In this document: positions 42,578 through 52,071 of the stretch, piece by piece
Position numbering within the stretch: the first letter of the stretch is position 1
How the letters are laid out: every line of letters starts with the position of its first letter
From: Octopus vulgaris
Taxonomy: Eukaryota
Assembly: GCA_951406725.2 (NCBI GenBank)
Contig: OX597820.1
Span: 111,786,001 to 111,850,000 of the forward strand
Length of the DNA stretch: 64,000 nucleotides
Direction: 5' to 3'
Notes under the pieces: generated by a model
Seen by the model: only the letters and a program-made list of their open reading frames with translations
The model's database searches: none
What the model was told of the DNA's origin: nothing
Translations under genes and position numbers: made by a program

Positions 42578-42666
42578 CCCTTGTTATATTAATATTTTCA
42601 TTTGTTTACTTTTATTCTTTTCAGGTGATAGATACAATGAAATATATCTCAAACTCAACCTTTTAA
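1652..42666 (+). CDS. EIF3L: Eukaryotic translation initiation factor 3 subunit L, spliced gene, 19 coding exons, ~548 aa
   Basis: Manual splicing gives one uninterrupted frame (1647 nt) with canonical GT-AG sites and matching phases. Diagnostic eIF3L motifs: [120 protein letters not shown]. Confidence 0.96.
3077..3240. mobile_element. 164-bp MITE with ~30-bp TIRs, inserted in a SINE
   Basis: GGTACTACttgaGAACAGTGGTCCCGGTGC ... GCACCGGGACCACTGTTCgctaGTAGTACC. Confidence 0.75.
3672..3711 (+). CDS. EIF3L: eIF3L exon 2 ([13 protein letters not shown])
   Basis: ttttacAG acceptor, GTAAGG donor; D/Y-rich like eIF3L N-termini. Confidence 0.8.
6621..6777 (+). CDS. EIF3L: eIF3L exon 3
   Basis: ..[30 protein letters not shown]; ttcctAG / GTAAGT. 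Confidence 0.92.
7361..8554. mobile_element. Non-autonomous piggyBac element (family A)
   Basis: TTAA TSDs (7357, 8555), CCCTTTCG..CGAAAGGG ends; reverse-complement relative of 40684-41956. Confidence 0.88.
8667..9716 (-). mobile_element. Internally deleted piggyBac element with transposase N-terminus
   Basis: TTAA TSDs, CCCTTTCG TIRs; ORF 8962..9354 has an acidic N-terminus and [28 protein letters not shown] typical of piggyBac transposases. Confidence 0.88.
9873..11008 (-). mobile_element. 5'-truncated, decayed RTE-clade LINE with SINE-like 3' region and (GAT)n tail
   Basis: Minus-strand remnants [30 protein letters not shown] of the RTE ORF2 C-terminus. Confidence 0.75.
11200..11276 (+). 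CDS. EIF3L: eIF3L exon 4
   Basis: [16 protein letters not shown]; AG / GTAAGT. Confidence 0.93.
11312..13359 (-). mobile_element. Decayed piggyBac transposon (family B) with a SINE inserted at ~12268-12462
   Basis: TTAA TSDs (11308, 13360); transposase motifs [34 protein letters not shown] and a Cys-rich C-terminus. Confidence 0.9.
13438..13499 (+). CDS. EIF3L: eIF3L exon 5
   Basis: [20 protein letters not shown]; AG / GTAAGT. Confidence 0.94.
14024..14093 (+). CDS. EIF3L: eIF3L exon 6
   Basis: [23 protein letters not shown]; AG / GTGAGT. Confidence 0.93.
14909..14982 (+). CDS. EIF3L: eIF3L exon 7
   Basis: [21 protein letters not shown]; AG / GTAGGC. Confidence 0.95.
16725..16870 (+). ncRNA. 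Candidate H/ACA snoRNA in eIF3L intron 7
   Basis: Hairpin (ttcac/gtgaa, ccagatttg/tagatttgg), H box AGAATA 16787-92, second GU-rich hairpin, ACA at 16865-67. Confidence 0.3.
17975..18055 (+). CDS. EIF3L: eIF3L exon 8
   Basis: [27 protein letters not shown]; AG / GTTAGC. Confidence 0.92.
18202..18292 (+). CDS. EIF3L: eIF3L exon 9
   Basis: [30 protein letters not shown]; AG / GTAAGT. Confidence 0.95.
18903..19618 (-). mobile_element. Deletion derivative of the piggyBac at 8667
   Basis: TTAA TSDs; colinear with 8667-9716 with internal deletions. Confidence 0.85.
20336..20490 (+). CDS. EIF3L: eIF3L exon 10
   Basis: [47 protein letters not shown]; AG / GTAAGT. Confidence 0.96.
21418..21588 (+). 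CDS. EIF3L: eIF3L exon 11
   Basis: [39 protein letters not shown]; AG / GTATGG. Confidence 0.96.
22211..22351 (+). ncRNA. Candidate H/ACA snoRNA in eIF3L intron 11
   Basis: 8-bp basal stem GACAAGTA/TGCTTGTC directly followed by H box AGAATA (22294-99), second hairpin, ACA at 22346-48, ~95 nt upstream of the 3' splice site; retained CpGs. Confidence 0.45.
22444..22577 (+). CDS. EIF3L: eIF3L exon 12
   Basis: [33 protein letters not shown]; AG / GTGAGT. Confidence 0.95.
22902..23001 (+). CDS. EIF3L: eIF3L exon 13
   Basis: [20 protein letters not shown]; AG / GTATCT. Confidence 0.93.
24212..24285 (+). CDS. EIF3L: eIF3L exon 14
   Basis: [24 protein letters not shown]; AG / GTAATT. Confidence 0.93.
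25252..25309 (+). CDS. EIF3L: eIF3L exon 15
   Basis: [20 protein letters not shown]; AG / GTAAGT. Confidence 0.94.
25801..26957 (-). mobile_element. Near-identical partial duplicate of piggyBac B plus its inserted SINE (copy of ~11312-12463)
   Basis: Same ORFs (26313..26729 vs 11821..12237 differ by one residue) and the same SINE junction; ends at the SINE (GAT)n tail. Confidence 0.9.
27330..28050 (+). mobile_element. Decayed Helitron Rep/Hel fragment (PIF1-like helicase C-terminal motifs)
   Basis: ILSPKN..IN; [24 protein letters not shown]; VLIPKI; TINKAQGQ; [12 protein letters not shown], across frameshifts. Confidence 0.85.
29399..29437 (+). CDS. EIF3L: eIF3L exon 16
   Basis: [13 protein letters not shown]; long pyrimidine tract + AG / GTGAGA. 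Confidence 0.9.
29810..34620 (+). mobile_element. Near full-length CR1-clade LINE in intron 16 (PHD-like ORF1, APE-RT ORF2), inactivated by several stops and frameshifts
   Basis: ORF1 CHLC..WVDCSKC..C..C..FQCLTC; APE motifs LNARSL, VTETW, GGGV, MGDFN, SDH; RT motifs [22 protein letters not shown]; short (ATT)n tail at ~34610. Confidence 0.92.
34905..36772 (-). mobile_element. Decayed mariner transposon interrupted by a CR1 fragment
   Basis: TIRs GGTCATCCCATAAAT / ATTTATGGGATGACC with flanking TA; minus-strand [15 protein letters not shown] (YSPDLAPSDYHL-like) and VLLSVWW. Confidence 0.85.
35419..36047 (+). mobile_element. 5'-truncated CR1-clade LINE with (CTAA)n tail
   Basis: [39 protein letters not shown]; ACCAT target-site duplication (35414-18 / 36048-52). 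Confidence 0.9.
36830..37345 (-). mobile_element. SINE-like element with internal ~60-bp tandem units and (GAT)n end
   Basis: Same family as 47840-48250 and 56620-57270. Confidence 0.7.
37616..37708 (+). CDS. EIF3L: eIF3L exon 17
   Basis: [31 protein letters not shown]; AG / GTATGA. Confidence 0.95.
38854..38934 (+). CDS. EIF3L: eIF3L exon 18
   Basis: [27 protein letters not shown]; AG / GTAAGT. Confidence 0.95.
40684..41956. mobile_element. Non-autonomous piggyBac element (family A), inverted relative to 7361-8554
   Basis: TTAA TSDs, CCCTTTCGTTACT/AGTAACGAAAGGG TIRs; inserted in a SINE. Confidence 0.88.
42625..42666 (+). CDS. EIF3L: eIF3L exon 19, terminal ([13 protein letters not shown])
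   Basis: Strong tttcAG acceptor, phase 0, stop at the expected protein length; possible ATTAAA poly(A) signal at 42836-42841. Confidence 0.72.
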   Translation: MIDTMKYISNSTF

Positions 42667-42981
42667 AATATGGTTTGTTGGATAAACTGCTATAAAGAGG
42701 AGATGTGCCTCTAATTTTACTGTGAATCCTCGAATTACATGAGCTGTTATTGAAGATCATAATCTTACATAATGTAATGTCATTTTCAATGTCAAAAAAT
42801 TATGTAAAAATTGTTTAAAACTTACAAGTTTCTCCATTAAAATAGCATCTTATAACAATATTGTTCAATTTATTTTCTGGTTCACTTTCTTTTTTTTTTA
42901 TAGTCAGAAGGGATAAAGCATTCATTCCTCTTGGTAAGAAATATTCTCTAAAGAAATGCCTGCATTTAATATATATATACA

Positions 42982-43012
<31 letters not shown>

Positions 43013-43014
<2 letters not shown>

Positions 43015-43341
43015 TAGCAGTATAGCCCAGCATTGCTTGGGTTTGTTTCAACCCTTTAGAATTGAAATTTTTGAAAAGTAAAAATTATGCATTGTGTAGC
43101 TTTAAGTGAACATTTTTCTGGTTGAAATACACCGAAAAATGGTGACACAGCAGTAAAAAAATCGCAAAAATAGGGATTTTCATAGGAAAAAAAGCACCTT
43201 TTTGGTGTAAATAATTTTTGGTGTTAACATGGTCCGATTTGAATGGTCAACTTGCGCCACAGGGTCTCAGAGGAGATACTGTTAGTTGAAGGCTACCAAA
43301 CCTGCCACAAACACACACACACACACAGACAACTTCAACTT

Positions 43342-43350
<9 letters not shown>
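43013..43350 (+). mobile_element. Non-autonomous Helitron/Helentron-like element
   Basis: 5' end TAGCAGTATAGCCCAGCATTGCTTGGG matches the end of 55255-55735; CA-repeat then TA-repeat 3' end. Confidence 0.5.
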
Positions 43351-43391
<41 letters not shown>

Positions 43392-44330
43392 GTTCAGTCC
43401 CACTGCGTGACACCTTGGGCAAGTGTCTTCTTTAGCCTCGGGCCAACCAAAGCTTTGTGAGTGGATTTACTAGGCAGAAACTGAAAGAAACCTGTCATAT
43501 ATTTGTGTCTGTGTTTGTCCCCCCACCATCGTTTGACATTTGATGTTGGTGTGTTTACATCCCCATAACTTAGCAGTTTGGAAAAAGAGACCAATAGAAT
43601 AAGTACTGGGTTTATACAGAATAAGTCTTAGGTCGATTTGTTCAACTGAAGGCGGTGCTCCAGCATGGCTACAGTCAAATGACTGAAACAAACAATATAT
43701 ATAGAGAGAGAGAGAGTGGGAGGTGGGGCTGCTGTAAAAAAACCTGGAGTTTTAGTAGAAGCCTCATGATTGTCATTGTTTTAACATCAACTTTCCCATA
43801 CATTGGACAGTTTATTGAGCCACATTTATGGTTCGATACTCTTCCTATTGACAACTCATACCTGTTTCCAAGCAAGGTAATATTTCTACATGGCCTGACA
43901 TGCTTTTGCAGAATATTGGAAATGTATGACAAGATAAGGAGACACACATAAATATACATACCAACATATATGATGGGCTTCTTTCAGTTTCCGTCTAGCA
44001 AATCCTCTTCCGAGACTGACCTGGGGCTAGAGTAAAACCTACTTGTGCAAAGTACCACACTGTGATAATGAAGCTTGAACCATTTGGCTGGGAAGCAAAC
44101 TCCTTAATCACACAGGCCATTTCTAACAAGCATATATTTGAATTGAATGCATTTCTTACTTGTATCCACTAACAACATCTTTTCAATAACTTAATTTACA
44201 ACCAAGAGCAGTTCATTTCCTACGGCTTGGTGTAATGAGTGGCAGGTGCATAGTGCATATTTCAGACAAGAACAGATAATTCTTATGAGTAGGATGTTGC
44301 AGAGAGTTTGAAATTTTTTCTATGTGTATA

Positions 44331-45677
44331 CAGTGTCCCAAAATTAAGGCAACTGAAGTTTCGAGCTTTAATAACTCTCAGTATATAAGACATAAAAATT
44401 ATACATCATTATAAAAGCTTAGTGTGTCTTCTTTTTGTTTCAGACTAAATAAATTCAGATTCAGTCTTGGGCAACCTGTGGCCCTCAACACACTGAATGG
44501 CACGCCTAACAAAAAACTTACCTCAAATTCTTTTAGTACATCTAGCCTGATGATGAACCATGTCTCATGCAGTCCACTAGCTGAAAAGGGTTGTCAATGC
44601 CTAATTGAGAGGACTATAGACTGAAATACAGCTATGGCAAAAAAGCTTAAAATTAACTGAACAGCAGTCTGGAAAATTATCAAGAGACTGGTTCCACTGC
44701 TGATCACCTTACTTGGCTGAAAAAGGAATGTGCGGTTCCCTCAACTTATTGAAAGTACCAGAGAAAAACTATGGCAAAATCCTTGTCATTCCATCAGAAA
44801 ACTGGCTCCCACAACAAAAATAAGCTAAACATCAATGTATCAAGTGCTCGGGACCCACCCCTACAAGAGGATCTGCCGTCATGAGTTCATGCAAGTTTAT
44901 AAGGCCATTAGACTGGAGAGATCATCTTATACTGCATCAAATTGCTGAAGGCATGCTGCCCAGCCTGGTGTTCACTGATGAAAAGAAATTTGACATTGAC
45001 CACATACTAAACTACCAGAATGACTGACTTTAGAGTGTATCTGGCTCCATCGAGGGTAGACTCCTACATCAATGTCAAACTCCAGTCAAGTTATGGTTTG
45101 GGCAGCTGTGACAGCCACTGGAAGGTATCCCCTTGTTTTTGTGCCATTGGGTGTTAAAATAACACCTAGCAATACATTAGCAACATTCTGGAAGCTGAAC
45201 TTCCATGGGTGAATGAGCACTTTCAAGGCACACTTTGGAGCTTCCAACAAGACTTTACCCCATTCCACAGCTTCAAACAGACAACACTGGATTCAGAAAA
45301 ACAATCCATCATTCATAGGCAAGGATGTATGGCCCTTGATAAGCCCCAATCCCAACCCAGTGGATTTTCCTGTTTGGTCCATTTTGGAGACGGGTGTCTT
45401 GAGCACTTATCATGCTTCGCTCGATGGTCTGAAGACAAAAAACTATGTCAGGAATGAGATTCAATTCTGCAAGAATAACTGTGTGCCACATGTGAAGCAT
45501 TCGCACCTAGACTGAAGGCTGTGATTTGAAGCAGTCGTGGTCATATTGAACAAATGTGGTAGTATCATAATTGTGTTCCCTTTACCATTGCATTTCAAAG
45601 CTCAGACCTGAAATATAACAATATTTTGCTTTGAGAAAATTGAAAACAGTTGGTTGTCCTAATTTTGGGACACTTTG
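44331..45677 (+). mobile_element. Decayed Tc1/mariner transposon, maT (DD37D) type
   Basis: TA-CAGTGTCCCAAAATTA ... TAATTTTGGGACACT; FTDEKKF, VMVWAAV, FQQD and SPNPNPVDF; 37 residues between the 2nd and 3rd D if a 1-nt frameshift is repaired. Confidence 0.85.
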
Positions 45678-45796
45678 TATACACTTTGCAACATATTTCA
45701 CTATTTCTGTTTAGAAGATGGTGTACAAGTGAAATCAAGCCGTCTACTGATTGTTCCACATATATTAAATACTTAGATTTCGTTGCCTGACATTAA

Positions 45797-46016
45797 CCCT
45801 TTAGCATTTAAACTGGTCATATCCAGCCCATATATTCTACTTGTTTTATGTTCAAAATGGCCAGACCTGGCCTCTCACTCCTACACTAAAATGCCATTTG
45901 AAAAATAAACAGTCACATCATCAAAATCTCAAAGCTATGAGATAATGCATGATTAATTCAAAACAATATTAATGAATAAGCATTACGTTTAACAACATAA
46001 TCTGAGCACTAAAAGG
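45797..46016. mobile_element. piggyBac-type MITE
   Basis: TTAA-CCCTTTAG ... CTAAAAGG-TTAA; diverged relatives at ~15500-15650, 20960-21265, 23165-23375. Confidence 0.7.
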
Positions 46017-46887
46017 TTAAGAAATATGGCTTTAGTAAAGTAATAAACAGGATATTTATTTTCAATTTAGCTTATAACCCAGTTTTAAGTGTCCTGCATC
46101 AGGATTAACTCTATTCTTTCCTGACTGACTATCATCTTCATTTTAAATATTACCTTGCTGAGAAACATATGAGGTTAATAAAAGGACAGGAAGAGCCTCC
46201 AGTTGTAGAAAATCTGCCTCAATTAACTCTGTCCAACCTATGCAAGCATGGAAGAGAGGATGTTAAAACTGATAGTGGTCATGATGGTGCACACACATAC
46301 AACAAACTTCTTTCAGTTTCTGTTTACCAAATTTACTCACAAAGTTGTAGTCAACCAGCGGTAGTAGTGTAAGATATTTTCCTAAAGAGTCCCACAAAAC
46401 AGGACTGAGTCCAAAACCACATAGTTGGGAGCTTCTTAACCTTACAGCCACTCCTGTGTTTATGCATCAGATTAGGTTAAAAAAGAAAATGAAAAGAATT
46501 AAACAATGTAGAGGACAGGTTGCAAGACATTTATTTCCTTGACAGACCGTCTTATACAAACAAGGTGTCCGTAAATTACGTTTACAATTTGAAAAATTCA
46601 GGGAAAAAATGAGTATGAAAGATAACTCAGCAGCTTTATCAGCAAACAAACTTTTAATAGAAGCTTCAGAACACTTGCATGTGAGCTCTATTAGCTGCAG
46701 GCAACACATCTCGATACAATAAATTCTGGAGGTTGTAAAGATAATTCATGAACATCATAGAATACGTTAACCGTTGAAATACACTTTCAATAAATTTTGA
46801 AAATAATTAAATAATATAATTGTCATTAAACTGGGATTTGGAACATTAATTAGCAGCATTTTGTGAGAGAACATAATTTAATAGATA

Positions 46888-47160
46888 TCGCCAAGCTAAC
46901 ATGGCAGTCCAGGAAAATGGGACAAATGCTGCCGTTGATTAGCTCCAAGAGGCCATCACCTCTAGGTAACTATGCGACACACGAACCTGTGTCCGTTATA
47001 ATCTTCAAACAGGGGTGGTCAACTGCTGACCTCCCCTGTTCGAAGGTTATAATGGATGCAGGTGCGTACGTCACAAACCTAGCTAGAGGCGATGGCCTCT
47101 TGGAGCTAATCAACGGCAGCATTTGTCCTGTATTTCTGGACTGCCATGTTAGCTTGGTGA
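46888..47160. mobile_element. 273-bp whole-length palindromic MITE with TA TSD
   Basis: Arms complementary over nearly the entire length with a ~5-nt loop (ggtca actgc tgacc). Confidence 0.85.
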
Positions 47161-49169
47161 TAACTACTAATTTCCAGTACTGCTGCTGTAGTCTCCTCTA
47201 GAGACTTAGAAATATTAATATTTCTATTATAATTTAAATTACTTAGAAATAGAAAGTTTGTATCATGGACCAGGGGCAGAATCAAAAGGGTTTAACATTT
47301 TTAAAAATTTTCATAGAGGAAGATGGTAACAGGAAAGAAATAACTGAATGTATAGAAGAGTGTCAATAATACAGAAGAGAGCTTTAAAAATGTTGCACAT
47401 TTGCTTAATACCAACATAAACTGGGAACAATACAATTTACTACAGAATGAGAAAGAATGAGACAACTATTGATAACATTGTGAATAGAAGCAACTGAAGA
47501 TGTAGATTGTGCTTTGTTGCTGACCAAAATTGGACGAATTGCTATGGAAATAATTTTTGTTTTAGGAATAAGAGACTTTAAATGAAAAATATTAATTTGG
47601 TAATTTAAGATAAAAGAGTGAAAATTTCTCCAGGATATTTATTTTGGGTTAACTACATTGCGCTTAGCTTATGTTTTGCATGCAGAAAGCCTCCCTTGTT
47701 ATTTTAAATTGCCTCATCAGCGAATATTTTTCACTCAAAACTCTTCTTCCTCTCAAAGTTGTTGTACGGTTTGGTTAGTGCAAGACTGCTCTCCTGAAGT
47801 TGTCATCGTACTTAATTAACAGTCTCTATCCCTATTGTCATCATCATTTAACGTCCACTTTCCATGCTAGCATGGGTTGGACGATTTGACTGAGGTCTGG
47901 TGAACCAGACTTCAATTTGATCTGGCAGAGTTTCTACAGCTTGATGCCCTTCCTAACGCCAACCACTCCGAGAGTGTAGTGGGTGCTTTTATGTGCCACC
48001 GGCACGACGGCCAGTTTGGTGGTACTGGCAACGGCCACACCCAAATGGTGCTTTTTACGTGCCACCTGCACAGGAGCCAGTCCAATGGCACTGGCAACGA
48101 CCTCGCTCGAATATTTCACAAGTGCTAGTAGGGCGACGCGGTAACGATCACGTTCGAATGGTGTGCACGGAGACCAGCTTGTTGCTCTGGCAACGATCTC
48201 ACTCGTATGGTACTCTTAGTGCTCCACTAGCAATGGATGCCAGTCACCGAATTTATTTATTTCAGAGTCGTCTCCCTTACTTTAGCAAGCACTCTCAAAA
48301 CTGCTAATTATTTTTCTTTTCAGCCTGTATGTAGATTTAATTGAATAAAAACAATTGGTGAGGTTTTAACTATGTTAACATGTACTTAACTATATACAGT
48401 AATTATCAAGTTGTCAAACGCTTTTTTTATGTGGGCATAAACGTTGTCATTATTAGCTGAATGCTCTTATATATCACATACCACACACATTTGCACATAG
48501 AACTATGTGTACATCAACATATAAGTAGATGGTGCAATGCATTCTGTGTAGTAAAGAGTCTTAGGCTGGTTGTGAGAAGAAAGCAAGAGTAGTCATGATG
48601 ATCATTGTTTAACATCTGTTTTCCATGCAGGCAGTTTGACAGAAGTGGCCAGTCAGGGAGCTGTCCAAACTCAAATGTCTGCTGTGTCTGTTTCTATGGC
48701 TGGATGCCCTTCCAAATGCCAACCACTTTACAGAGTGAGCTGGGTGCTTTTTTAGTGGGTTTTGTGACATACTAAATACAGTAAACATGTCTTGGAAATG
48801 TAGGCCCTACCATCTTAAAAGGAAGGACATTTTCAGTGATGTAGTCTATGATAAACTATCTGAATATACAAAGGTTAAGTCTGGAATTCCTTTGACCATT
48901 GTCTTCATGATTGAAGCTGAATATCTAAAAAAGAAGTCTGAGATGCTATGTGGTAACTTAATGTTAGAAATAACAGTTAAATTGCCTTCAGTTCACACCC
49001 TATCATCTAAAAAAAAAGGAAGGATACAGTATGTCTGCCAAAATACAATAGTTGTGGTTGGGGTGTTAGGCCAGTGTGACATCTGAATATACACTGACTT
49101 ATTTAATGGATAGGTTTGTGTGGTTTAAGATATTAGGAGTTATGTTAAACAGGAGAGATTTAAACTGGG

Positions 49170-49215
<46 letters not shown>

Positions 49216-49331
49216 ATATTTCGGAATGGTCATATTGCCAGTTTAGCCAATAAAAACACACGCACTATATATTTGGTGTTATTTTGCTTCAGTGATATTT
49301 ATTTTTTACATTAATCTTAATCTTATTTCGG

Positions 49332-49371
49332 CCAGAGTTCTTTCGTCACACTCCTGTGACCGCATCAGTGG
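49332..49371 (-). ncRNA. Minimal type I hammerhead-like motif in the PLE 3' pLTR (variant core)
   Basis: CCA-CUGAUGC-G-GUCACA ggag UGUGAC-GAAA-GAAC-UC-UGG; sense to the element ORF; A9 is C. Confidence 0.6.
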
Positions 49372-49701
49372 TTCTTTGTTTTCTTCTTTCGTATTTGTGT
49401 CTCTCCTTACTAACCGTCAGCCATTTTATATTTCTATTGTATGTCTTCATTTGCGCATGCTTATATCTCTATGTGCGTCTATGTTTATTTAGTGTGGGGG
49501 GGGGGTGCCTGTAATATTTGTATCTTCTGTTTATATACATTCTTGTAATTTGTATTTTGTTTTTGTTGTTGTTGCTTTTGTTCTAATTTTGTTCATGTGT
49601 TTACATCTACCCATTATTATCATTACATATGCTTGTATGTATGTATAACAACAATATTAGTAAGAATAATAATAAATCTAATCGAAAAAAAAAAATAAAT
49701 A

Positions 49702-49749
<48 letters not shown>

Positions 49750-49973
49750 CATATACATACATAGATATATATATACATATATATAGTTATTCATATACAT
49801 ATATATACATACATATACATACATAGATATATATATACATATATATAGTTATTCATATACATATATATACATACATATACATACATAGATATATATACAT
49901 ATATATAGTTATTCATTTCTATTTGTTTATCTATCTGTGTATTTATTTATTATGTTTTCAGGATCCTCTATCG

Positions 49974-52071
49974 TCATATGTTGTGGTGTGTGCTATTGCT
50001 CCATTCTAGTTTTCTATTCAGGCTAGGTTTATTTTCTATTATATGTGTAGCTTCTGTAATTTGTCTAATTGTTGCATCTGTTCTATGTGTGGACAATATC
50101 TTAATCTCTATGTTATTGATTGATCCCCCGTGTTCCTGTTCGGCATGTTGGTACAGAATTGATGAGCTTTTACCTTCCTTGAGTTGTCTCCAATGTTCAT
50201 TCACCCGCTCTCCTATGCTTCTTGCCGTTTCCCCTACGTATGTTATTGTCTTGTTACTGCATCGTCCCTCTATACATCTTATACTATAGACTACATTTCT
50301 GGCTTTACAGTTTGTTTGTGGGCTAAATCTACATACAGTGCAATAGTTATCCGTACAGAGGGTTCTACTAAAAGGATAGGTTCTACCAATTATAGATTTT
50401 ATAGGGTTGCCTGGCTTTTCAACAACCTTAATTCTTAGTTTAAGTTTATCTAGGGTCCTTCTAAAGCGGTACGCCAGTTCACCTCCAGGGGTGGTGTCAA
50501 CGAACATGACACTCTGGTATTTATGGCTATCATACCAAGAGTTGGCCTTCCCTATTTTCTTTTTTGTCCTTTCTATAGTGTTCCATGACTTGTTCCTATA
50601 GAGTGGGCAAATCCCATTCCTATCATTACATAATATATTATCAAATTTCATCATGGCTCCTTTGTATACTCTGATCCTTTCTTTATGGCTGTAACCTGAG
50701 AACTGCATGCAGTGAATGAAATACTGTATGTGTCTCTCTTTAATTCTGTAGGCTCACACATGCATGACACATTTCTCATTATTCTGACGAGGTCTGCCAT
50801 CAAAATATTGAATTTGGCATTGCCCGCAATGGCTGAGTTCCGGTGGATCAGGTATTTTGAGGTCATAGGTTTTGCATAGTATGAATGAAGGATTTGGGTT
50901 TTATTTTTCACAATTTCTAGCCAGAGTTCAGTGTCTAGTACTGGTAGTCTATGGTTGGGGTGTTTAGTGGGGTAGTCTATTGTGACCTTAATACTCTGGT
51001 GGATGGAGTTAGCTATTTGCTGGATGCTCTCCATAGTATTAGTTTCTATTACTATATCAACATTACTCTCTTGTGGGGGTGCCTTTACCACTATGTTGAT
51101 ATCATCAACATAGCGAGAGTACATGTTTACGAGTATGGATTTCTGCAGTAGGCGTTCTTTAAGCCTTCTGTCCCACCATACCATGAAAAGGTTGGCCACA
51201 TCACCAGCGATACTAACACCGATGGCTGCCCCCTCGTCCTGGGCATATATTTTATTATTAAATTCAAATGTGTGGCCTTTTAGGGTAACTCTTATACTAG
51301 CTCCTAGTGCATGTGCAATCATTTTCTTTACCTGATGGACATTTGCGGGGCTCCGTATGGCTCTGGTCCATCCGCGCCATCTTTCTATATGTGTCTTCCT
51401 AGCCATAGAAGTAATTGTAGGCGGTCTACCTCTTAAACATCTACTGGGGCAGAAACTACTAAGATTATGTTTATCTAAGTATTCGTTATTATATGTCAGT
51501 CTAAGTAGGAGGCCCAGTTCTTCTGTGTTGACATTACAGAACTCCACCTGGCTCTCATTGATCATCTCCACGCACTTCTCCACTGCAAAATCTACATCAA
51601 TCGATGGGTATAGGGATACCACATCCATGCTACCTACTATACATCCTGTCAAGTCACAAGTTTTGTTACAGTCACTGATCCTGCTTAGGAGATCTTCTGT
51701 GCTGTCACACACATCAGGTGACATCCTGATTATAGGGCGTATAATCATTGAGAGGAAGTAGGAGATTCTGTAATTGCTAGCGATATTCGCTCCACAGACT
51801 GGTCTTGTTGGTGGTCCTGCTATAGGGTCAGTAAAAACTTTATGGTCCTTGTGAAGTCCATACAGTGCCGGGATATCATTGTTCCAGGCTTGGAAATTCT
51901 TTGCAGTACGTTTCTGGGGTCCCACAACAATTGTCCACATCATCATGTGGGCATTGAGGACCTTTTCTCTCTCCTCATGCGCCTGTACAGTTGTTATTTT
52001 TGTATTGGCGATATGAGGTTGCATTGCCTGGATGTAGTTCGGTAAGCTGTCTATTGACATCCTGCTGGACT
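49974..52071 (-). pseudogene. PLE RT-endonuclease ORF, N-terminally truncated, single frameshift at ~50735
   Basis: ORFs 50651..52117 and 49974..50708 join (ELKR-HIQYFIHCMQFSGY) if 2 nt of the AGAGAGA run are removed. Confidence 0.88.

Noticed and set aside
50651-50760. Programmed frameshift or selenocysteine recoding in the PLE ORF
   Set aside because: No in-frame TGA. The break lies in an (AG)n run and is best explained by slippage or sequencing error.
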